32,000 nucleotides of DNA from Wallemia ichthyophaga EXF-994 (Eukaryota > Fungi > Basidiomycota), in assembly GCF_000400465.1 (NCBI RefSeq), contig NW_008806278.1, forward strand, positions 472,592-504,591. The letters are read 5' to 3'. Below are positions 23,061 to 32,000 of the stretch, one piece after another. Under the pieces are notes generated by a model that worked only from the letters and a program-made list of their open reading frames with translations, did not search any database and was not told the origin of the DNA. A program made the translations under genes and the position numbers. How positions within the stretch are numbered: position 1 is the stretch's first letter; the number at the start of each line of letters is the position of its first letter.

Positions 23061-23605
23061 ATTGTACTAAGTTGAACATGACATTTCTGTGTCCTGTGTA
23101 ACAAATAAAGCTTACACTTTTTGATCGGAGATCTCCGGAGATATGGGGCGACGTCATAGGTTGGAGTCTGAAAGATTCATTATCTTCCGAATCAAGTTCG
23201 TGTCAGCATCTCCTAAAGTTTTCTTGCTGAAAGAGACGTCCGCCTGATGTTAAAGCTGAGGCGAGTTTAGAAAATAGATGCTAGTAGTTATCTCCTTGCG
23301 AGAAACATTCAGACCAATGGGATATTCTGAAACTTTTGCAAGAAATAAATTCCATTCTCGTATTCATTCATAGATAGCCGGTCCATCCTGCCGAGAAGGG
23401 CATTGTGCACATGACTGCGCTCGTGGAGCAAGACGAGAGGAGAATTGTTAGAGAAACAAGCCTTGATAGGCTAAAGTTACCTGCGCAATCTACACTCTCA
23501 CGTCATTGATATGACTCCGCAACAACCTTATCTATGATCTTCATTAGTGAACGACCAAGGGTATTTTACGAAGAAAGAAAAGAAACAACGCTGTTTATCA
23601 CAAGC

Positions 23606-24547
23606 ATGAACTCCCATAGCGAAATATTTGGATACCTAAGTGTCCTGAGCTGGTTATGCGCTCAGCTCCCACAAGTGTACAAAAACCACAAACTGAAGAC
23701 GATAGAAGGGCTGAGCGTGGAATTCATCATAACATGGCTCATAGGAGATCTTCTCAACCTCCTGGGATGTATATATACGAATCAGCTGCCATTCCAAGTC
23801 GCTTTATCATTATGGTTCATCTTGGTCGATTTGGCGCTCACTGGGCAATATCTCCAGTATCGCAATTACCAGGACGATAGAGGCAGGTCGACGACGAGGA
23901 TGATTACGCACAGGCAGACTGTCTCACTTTCCATTAACCGGGTGTCTGATCGCAGCGCGAGTGTGAAGCCGCCAGTAACGCTGAAACGATCACGGAGGTC
24001 ACAGACGCACTCAGTAAGAAGAGCGGAAAACAGCAGGAGTCGCACCTTTGCCAGTCTGGTCGCGCTCGGATTAACGGTAGGTGTCGGCGCTGCACCCACC
24101 CTTCCTCTCCCGTCTATCTCAGCAAAAGGTCTCGTTAGTGACGACCTCGCCATCATCATTGGCAAGCTGTCGTCGTGGGCTTGTGTAACGTTCTACTTGA
24201 GCAGCAGGATGCCGCAGATTTACTATAATTATCAACGTAAATCTGTTGAGGGTCTTTCTGTCTTCCTCTTCTTGTTCGCTTTGTTGGGAAACTCTTTTTA
24301 TACCATGTCGATACTGTCATCGCCACGATTTCAGCAGTCCCATCCTCAAGCCATGAAATATTTGCTTGAATCGTTACCGTGAGTAAACTTTTTGTCGTCA
24401 TTTTTAGTCTTATACGCAACTAATAGCTTCCTGATCGGATCAGTCGGTACCATCGTTTTTGATGTCATTATTCTTCTCCAAGTTCAAATGTACAAAGACA
24501 AGCCCCAGAACACAAGCGGGGAGCGGCAACCATTACTAGACAGTTGA
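23606..24547 (+). CDS. PQ-loop vacuolar cationic amino acid transporter (YPQ/PQLC2-like)
   Basis: Two PQ repeats (WLCAQLPQVYKN..EGLS and YLSSRMPQIYYN..EGLS). Intron 24379-24426 gives LP|FLIGSVGTIVFD and a C-terminal ERQPLL dileucine-like sorting motif. Confidence 0.9.
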
Positions 24548-24875
24548 GTCATTGTTAATTCGACGCTTTATCGCGCCACGAAAGTAATAATCTGTAGTAA
24601 CAAAGTTGTATGAAAGTTTCTAAATATTATATGTATTATACGAGAGATATGTATAACAAAGCGAAAGCTAGAACGACAACGAGAACAAGACTATGACTGA
24701 CCTTAAAGCAAGTCAGACGCGTTGGAAGAAGTTAAAGAAGTCAAGAAAATCTTGCGACTGACGAAGAACTAGTTAAATTTACATTTCATTTCATTATTGT
24801 AATCTTTTCGTTTCGTTCGTAAAAGAGAATCATAGCAGTGCATTTAAATGCGTTTGAATCTGCGCTAAACACTCC

Positions 24876-26545
24876 TCAAGCAACACATCTAATAAGCTCA
24901 AAAGTGTCTTGCTTGGGGAAATACCAAAACACCAAAGCGATAATAAAGTAACTTCCGAAAAGTACGCATCCGCTAAGCCAGTGACTTCTTCCATCCTCAA
25001 TAGCGAACCTGGCGAGGAGGACGGAGAGGAAGAGAGTCATAGTTTCCATAGGCTCGAACACCAGAGTAAGTGGTTTGGAAATAATCCAAGAAAGAAGGAC
25101 GACGAGTGGAATAACGACTGTTTGATTTGTTAGTCAGACTACTTAAAATTGCAAAGACACCCACATATTGCTATCTGTACAGTAGATCCTAAAGCCACTG
25201 CCAAAGCCAGCTCTTGTTTACCTTTAGCTGCAGCGATGACAGCTGTAGCGTGCTCCGCGGCGTTGCCGACAATAGGCAAAATAATGAGCGAAATCCACTC
25301 CTTGGACGCGCTAGTGTTTTCAGATATGCCCTGTATCGAGTCTACGAGAGCCTCGCATGTGAAGTAGAGCAGTATGGTAGTGATAACGAGAATAGCTATA
25401 CTCGTCCATACATTCAATCTCGGCTGTTCTACCTGACGCTTACTGAATGAGCGCGGAGTATCGCTTTGTGTAGAAGAGAAATAATTAGATGTTGAGGTCG
25501 CCAAAGGGGTAGCAATGATAGGCGCAGTACGTGCTCTTTTAAGTTGCGGTCTTTTGAAGCCAGCTTCAAGGTCGTCTGAAATAGATGTTGAGCGGGAATA
25601 GTCTTGGGGTTGCTCTTGTTTATTTGCGTTAGAATTTGCGTTTGCTTGTAAGTTTGCGTGTATATCTGCTTTTGATGAATTAGTTTGGTTCGCTGAAGAT
25701 TTTGGATTTAGTGGAACATCTTCATCATCGTCAATGGTATCCAGAAACTCTTCTTGATGGGTATAGAACACAAATGCCATGTAGCATAAGTAGATAACAA
25801 TGAGAATAACAGAAGTACCTCGAGACATTTGCAAGATGAAAGTTTGTTCAGAATCAGGGTCATCTGGAAATTTATCACCGAGGATGGTATGGAACGCAAG
25901 AGGAACCATCAGAGACATTACTGAGAGCATCAAAAGACTCGTATTTATCGAGGCCGGGAGTTGTTTGAATGACTGTTGACTAAATTTTATCCCACCGGCC
26001 AGGAAAGACATTCCGAGAACGAGAAGGATATTGGAGAGGAGACCACCCAATAACGAAGACTGAACAATGCTTATTTCACATCTTACCAAAGCTAGAATCG
26101 CAATGATTATTTCCACCAGATTGCCTAATGTAGCGTTGAGTAAACCACCGAGTGGCACTGAAGTTCGAAGTGCGACTTCTTCGGTGGCAAAAGAGAGCAA
26201 AGCAGCCAAAGGAACGACTCCGAGGATTGAAGTCACAAAAGTGCCAATGTCTGATATATGTACTTGATGCAGTGCCCAACTGATCGGGGCAGACAGGAGA
26301 AGAAGGTTGAGCCAGCTGTAGCAGACAGCGTTTCTAATGCTCATGATAAACCCCGGAGATGGTGCTAAAGGATATGGCGGGGTTACGAACGCGTGAAACG
26401 TTAGCGGTCTGCGAAAAGGCGAATCGATGAAACGACTCGGCGGTTTCAAGTCGTCGTCGTCTGCGCTTGATTTCTCTTGTATTGAACCGCTGCCACTGGT
26501 TGAGTTGTCTTCTCGTTTTATGTTCTTGAAAATGTTGGCGATCAT
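24876..26545 (-). CDS. Ca2+(cation)/H+ antiporter, CAX/VCX1 family
   Basis: Alpha repeats GLLNATLGNLVE and PIVGNAAEH, SLLGGLLSNILLVLG, an acidic central loop and ALGSTVQIA|IFVIP (intron 25118-25164). Start Met uncertain. Confidence 0.9.
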
Positions 26546-26652
26546 GAACGTGTGTGACTGAAGGGAGAGCAATTAGCGCGACAAAGATATCCACAGATTT
26601 ACGGCCTAAATATAAAATATGAAAATATTAATGAAATTAAGTATTCTACAAT

Positions 26653-28812
26653 TTAGCATTCTCCTAGGAAGCTATTCTTTGGGAATTGTTTACCATAGTC
26701 GTCGACAAATGTCGTCATATTTGGACTGTTTCATTTTTATTAAAAGCGCTCAATTTGGAATATCTCACTCACTTCTGATAGGCCTCTTTGAAGTGCTCTA
26801 TGTAATCTGCAGTTGGTCGATTCTTCGGGTCGCAGCCCACGTTTACCTCTCCTTCTGGCTGATACACCCTCACCCAATCCACGTACATGATCGCTGGGAA
26901 AACGAGCTCCTCAAAGTCGACATCACCAAAGTTCTTTGAAATACCGAGATTGAGGATGATATACATTGGTTCTTCGCTGATTGGTCGCTGTCCTATCTGA
27001 GACACAGGGTCAGCTCCCATTGCGCTCCCAAACAAAGTCCAAGTCTCCTCTCCATCTGATGCCCATGTCTACACTGACTAAGAATACAGTCATATGACTT
27101 GGAAGGTACTCACCACGTGTCCGTCAGGTCCGCCTGAAAATTCTACGCCGTATTCGGAAAAGCAGCTGCCGTTAGGTGTAGGATTTTCTCCACTGTAACA
27201 AGCCTGATTTGTCGTTGCCAGACTCGAAGTAGCTTGTTGGAAAACACCGCCGAGGTAAACATTTATTTCAGCCTCATCGTTGTGGAATTCGTACGTTGTG
27301 CCTTGTTTATCAATAAACTCATAGTTAGCATTGAAAGGTGCCCACTGCGCACTCTGCGAAACTTGTCCTGTTCTTGACGCTATTTCAACCTGTGCTTCAA
27401 ACACATCAATCTCAGGAGCAGCCCTGCCGACAAACTCCCCTGTCTTGCTGTCTATAGGACCAGGATGATACTCGCCTGGACAAGTGCATCTTGACAGACG
27501 CTGCCCGGGAAGGAAAGAAAGCGCACCTTCGTGGTACTTGCTACCGACTTCTTTATTAGCGACAGTAGCGGGTACACCGTCGTATGTCTGGTTAGCGACG
27601 GTGCCGACGTCGCACGTGTCATATGAGTATGGCCAAAGACCCTCGAGAGAAGCACCGTACGCGGCTCTGCCGAGATTCTGCAAATACCTTAGCAACGTGC
27701 GTCGTGAAAATCTTACTACTCACCCCCATGGTCCAAAATGCCGGCCAAAGCCCCCAGACATCGCTTGTACCAGGCAAAGCAATACTAGCTACCAAATACG
27801 CGTTGTTTGAGTAACAGAACTTGTTCCACGATGTTATCATACCACCCGCATAATCCAGATCGTGTGTCTCTCTCTCATCCAAAGTAATTGCGAGCTTGCC
27901 CTCTGTGGTTGTGATCTGCTTTGGAGAATACCATTCCAAGTTGTTCGTGCCCCAGTAGTGCAGATCGACGGCTTCCCAGTATGGGTCTTCGCCTGGATAA
28001 AATGTACGGCCGTCTACGTTGAACTCATCAGAAAACACCAAAACCTGCGGCTTTCCATCGAAGCTCGTGCGACGATGTGCTGATTGGGGGGTGTCGGAGT
28101 CTATCATGCCGAAATTGATAGCGAATTCGGGAATCTGTCCGGTAGCATTGACTCCGCCTAAGCCGTAAGAGCCGCCTTGCTCAGGATCTCGCTTTCTGAA
28201 AGCTTCTAGGAGTGGGTAACCAGCGCTGTTGTCGCTGGTGAGGTTTTACTATCTTGTAGAGAAGCAAACTCACAACAACATCAACAGTGCAGCTGTAATG
28301 AGGGAAACGCAGCCGAGGTTCATTATACCTCTGAGAGTAAACGCATGGCCCGATCTGTCTAATTTTCTGTTGATTTGGGTGTTAGATGGTGTCTGAGTGT
28401 TTATCCGTACAGCGCACCTAGCTGTCTTTTGAGCGTGTCAGCAGGTACACGCGCGTTGATTTCCCCGCACTTACACCGGGATCATGCATGTCATCGTCAT
28501 CTTCCGCGGAGGTGTGATCGATGCTCCACCATTCCTACATAGTATGTTTAGAGTAGTCCGATGCCTCTAGCAACCTGCTCACAGGATCGGGTGAGGCAGA
28601 GTATGGAGCGGGACTAATCGCTGTCGGATTTGGAGTGATACTGTTGGACCGGCTAGAAAGACTAGATGGAGAGCGACCCATGGCCTGCCAGGTAGCATAT
28701 GAGAACTAATCGATTATTTCGCCACGACAACTCCCACCTTGATCTCCTCCGAAGCTACATCTGAGACTCTGACAGACCTCTTTGGCCAATTGATTGCGTT
28801 GAGGAATCCCAT
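26653..28812 (-). CDS. KRE6/SKN1-family beta-1,6-glucan synthesis-associated GH16 protein
   Basis: LVFSDEFN.DGRTFYPGEDPYWEAVDLHYW, SWNKFC, GLWPAFWTMG|NLGRA, RAAPEIDVFEA, PMYIILNLGIS and PAIMYVDWVRVYQ. About 8 short introns, including a microexon near 28418-28425. Confidence 0.93.
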
Positions 28813-29339
28813 TTGGATGTGTTGTATCTGCTTTGTGGTTAGTGGTTGCGATCGTGTGCTCGGTGGCAGAATCGCTTCGATAAGTTAAATCCAGTTATTC
28901 ATTCTCGATTCGCATTTAGATTTGGTATGAAGACGCGTCTGCGCATCTTTAACAAGGCACGCAAGCTTTAGAGAGCGTGAAAGTAGCTGGCGGATGTGCG
29001 GTGAGATTTAAAGGCTATAAATCAGCCATACTTCCGCTCCCGCTTCATAGCCTGTCCAGTGATGAAAGGTCGTTGATATCGTCACATCAGATAAGCTGGA
29101 GTCCTTGACAAGTAGAGATTACATATACATATATATTACGAGATTATTGTTGTCTGCTGATTTGTATGCATCTTCGACTCTATTTCATCTCCGCACAAGC
29201 AGCTATACATGGACAAACAAGATATGCACAATTTAAATAGAATTTACACGAATGACTCTGATATATACACGCCTACGCAGCCGCATCTCTCGTCTACAAA
29301 CCCCACTCTCTCTTGATCCCATACTTCCATCAGTTAGAA

Positions 29340-32000
29340 ATGGAAGAAGACTTGTTCGACGTCTTTGATGGCCCATCCGAGCCAGTGGAACTGAGCACGA
29401 GCGCGTCCAAAAGAGCCCACTCAGAAGACTCCGATGGAGATTCGAAGAAGACCAAGATCCATGATGACGAGAAGTCCAAATCTGTATCTAAGCCAGCAGG
29501 AGGTGAAGGAGCTGCAGCACCAGGCGTAGCACCATCGGATGCTGCATCAAACACACAAAAACCCAACGCAGACGACATTTACGATAGAAACCAAGAACCA
29601 GTGCCTGTAGAATTAGCAGACGAAGTGGAGACGGAAGCGACCCGTGAAGTGGCAGCAGCAGCAGGCTTATCGGGCAGTGTAGAAGATGGTGATGCAGCTG
29701 GTCAGATCTCCCTCAATCACCAGGTTAGGCATAGGGTTGCCCTGCCTCCCAACTACCCATATGTGCCTATCTCGCAACACGTACCCGCCGAAGAACCCGC
29801 AAGAGCTTATCCGTTTACCCTCGATCCATTCCAGCGCGTATCGGTCAATTCGATAGAGAGAGACGAGTCCGTCCTTGTCTCAGCTCACACTAGTGCCGGT
29901 AAGACGGTTGTTGCAGAGTATGCCATTGCGCAGTGTTTGAAGAGAGGCGAGAGAGTTGTATACACCTCTCCAATCAAGGTGGGTGTAAATTTCAGGTATG
30001 AGTGACGCTCTAACGCACATTTCAGGCACTCTCCAACCAGAAATATCGTGAAATGTTGGCAGACTTTGGTGATGTCGGTCTCATGACTGGTGATGTCACC
30101 ATCAATCCTTCAGCAAGTTGCTTGGTCATGACGACTGAAATTCTAAGATCAATGCTGTACAGAGGCTCAGAGATAATGCGCGAGGTATCCTGGGTTATAT
30201 TCGACGAGATTCACTACATGCGTGACAAAGAGAGAGGTGTAGTCTGGGAAGAGACTATTATTCTCCTCCCACACAAGGTCAGATATGTTTTCTTATCAGC
30301 GACAATCCCCAACGCACACGAATTCGCTGCGTGGGTGTGTCACACGCACAATCAACCAGTGCACGTCGTATACACCAACTACAGACCCACTCCTCTGCAG
30401 CACTACCTCTTCCCGGCTGGCGGAGAGGGCATACATCTCGTCGTCGATGAGAAAGGTCAGTTTAGAGAGGAGAACTTTGTCAAGGCAATGGGTGCGCTCA
30501 TGGATGCCGGCGGTGAAGCCCCCGCTGATGCTGCAAAGGGCGGTAAGAATGGAAAGAAGGGCGCGAAGAAGGGCGCTGGCAATAAAGATCAGTCTGATAT
30601 TTACAAGATTGTTAAGATGATTATGATGAGGAATTACAATCCCGTTATCGTCTTCGCGTTTAGTAAGAGAGAGTGTGAAAACCTTGCGTTGCAGATGTCG
30701 AAATTGGAGTTCAACAGTGATCAAGAACGTGATATGGTCAGCAAGGTCTTCAACAATGCCATAGCTAATCTCAATGATGAGGATAAGAATTTACCTCAGA
30801 TTCAGCAGATATTGCCGTTGTTGAGAGTGAGTGGGGTGTCTTTGTTTGAGGCACACATCTAATCACACACCACAGCGTGGAATCGGTATTCATCACGGTG
30901 GTCTTCTTCCAATCCTGAAAGAAACAATTGAAATTCTGTTCCAAGAGGGTCTTTTGAAGGTGTGTTTGAATAGTTGAAAAATGCTTCTCTGACGCAACAA
31001 ACACAGGTGCTATTCGCAACTGAGACTTTCTCTATCGGGTTGAATATGCCTGCAAAGACAGTAGTATTCACCAACGTCCGCAAATTTGACGGCAGGGATT
31101 TCAGAACCTTAACAGGGGGTGAATATATCCAAATGTCAGGCCGTGCAGGTAGAAGAGGGCTTGATGACAGGGGAATAGTTATAATGATGTGTGACGAGAA
31201 GCTCGAGCCAACAAACGCGAAAGGAATGGTGAAAGGAGAAGCCGATAGACTGGATTCGGCGTTCCACCTCGGGTATAACATGATACTCAATCTAATGCGC
31301 GTCGAGGGTATTTCACCTGAGTATATGCTCAACCGTTGTTTCTACCAGCACCAACAAACGCAGTCTGTCCCCCAGCTCGAGAAAGAGTTAAAGGAGATGG
31401 AAGCACAGCGAGATGAACTCGTCGTGCCTGAAGAGGGGGCTATTACGGAATACTACAACCTCAAAAAGCAACTGGAAGATTTTAGCAGTGATATACGCCA
31501 AGCGCAGAACCTGCCAACTTACGCACTGCCGTTCCTCCAGCCTGGTAGACTAGTTAAAGTGAAGCACCACGAGATGAATTTCGGCTGGGGTGTTGTTGTG
31601 AATTACAACAAGCGAGTTGGACCAGCCAAAAAACCACTACCAGTGGACACCAAACCACAGGACACATATATAGTAGATGTGCTGCTCAATTGTGCAGCTG
31701 GATCTAGTGTACCGAAAGACCGCAACTCGAATAACGCAGACCAATCTCTCACTTTCAGACCATGTGCTGCTGGAGAAAAGGGTGAAGCTATGGTAGTGCC
31801 AGTGTTACTGTCGACGTTGGATGGTGTGAGCCATATCAGACTATTCCTTCCAAAGGACCTCAGACCAGCTCAAGCAAAGGAGCAGGCGTACAAGAGTGTG
31901 CGAGAGGTCCAGAAGCGTTTCCCGAAAGGTGTCGCCATGCTCGACCCTGTTGAGAATATGAATATCAAGGATGAAGGCTTTACCAAGTTGATTAACAGAG
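29340..32000 (+). CDS. MTR4: Ski2-like nuclear RNA helicase Mtr4 (TRAMP/exosome cofactor), 3' part outside the window
   Basis: [65 protein letters not shown] and [12 protein letters not shown], followed by the KOW/arch region. Introns 29979-30025, 30827-30875 and 30960-31006. Confidence 0.95.

Larger units (their letters stand above)
22063..23070 (-). repeat. Right arm of the 1008-bp inverted repeat
   Basis: Reverse complement of 12052-13059. Confidence 0.97.

Noticed and set aside
12052-23070. Composite transposon or LTR element
   Set aside because: The arms are inverted and contain tRNA genes. There is no transposase, integrase or RT ORF, no terminal TG..CA or TIRs, no matching outer target-site duplication, and the cargo is housekeeping genes.
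624-31332. The many short alternative-frame or antisense ORFs in the track, such as 624-857, 8452-8772, 10048-10320, 17237-17725 and 30859-31332
   Set aside because: They are shadows of well-supported conserved genes and show no independent motifs.
1-32000. CRISPR arrays, rRNA or prokaryotic operons
   Set aside because: No repeat-spacer periodicity and no rRNA signature; spliceosomal introns occur throughout.

Overview
This is eukaryotic, fungal DNA from a very compact genome. Introns are about 44-55 nt with GT..AG ends and CTAAC/CTGAC branch sites, and intergenic spacers are often under 110 bp; this resembles a Wallemia-like basidiomycete (inference). There are 14 recognisable intron-containing or intronless housekeeping genes: aldo-keto reductase, MIOX, BUB3, PIG-S, WDR48, NAT10/KRE33, ADE5,7, a NUDT15-like Nudix hydrolase, PUS4, VMA1, a PQ-loop transporter, a CAX/VCX1 exchanger, a KRE6-like GH16 and a partial MTR4. 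The window also holds one orphan ORF, an F-box relic and five tRNA genes. The main structural signal is a 1008-bp inverted duplication, identical wherever I compared it by eye (12052-13059 and 22063-23070). Each copy carries tRNA-Ala(AGC) and an atypical intron-containing class II tRNA, and the pair brackets a 9,003-bp cassette that could invert without breaking any gene. Other points of interest are a divergent MIOX/AKR pair that may form two consecutive steps of inositol catabolism, three head-to-head gene pairs with start codons 31 bp apart, 27 bp apart or overlapping, a GC-AG intron and a 4-8 nt microexon.
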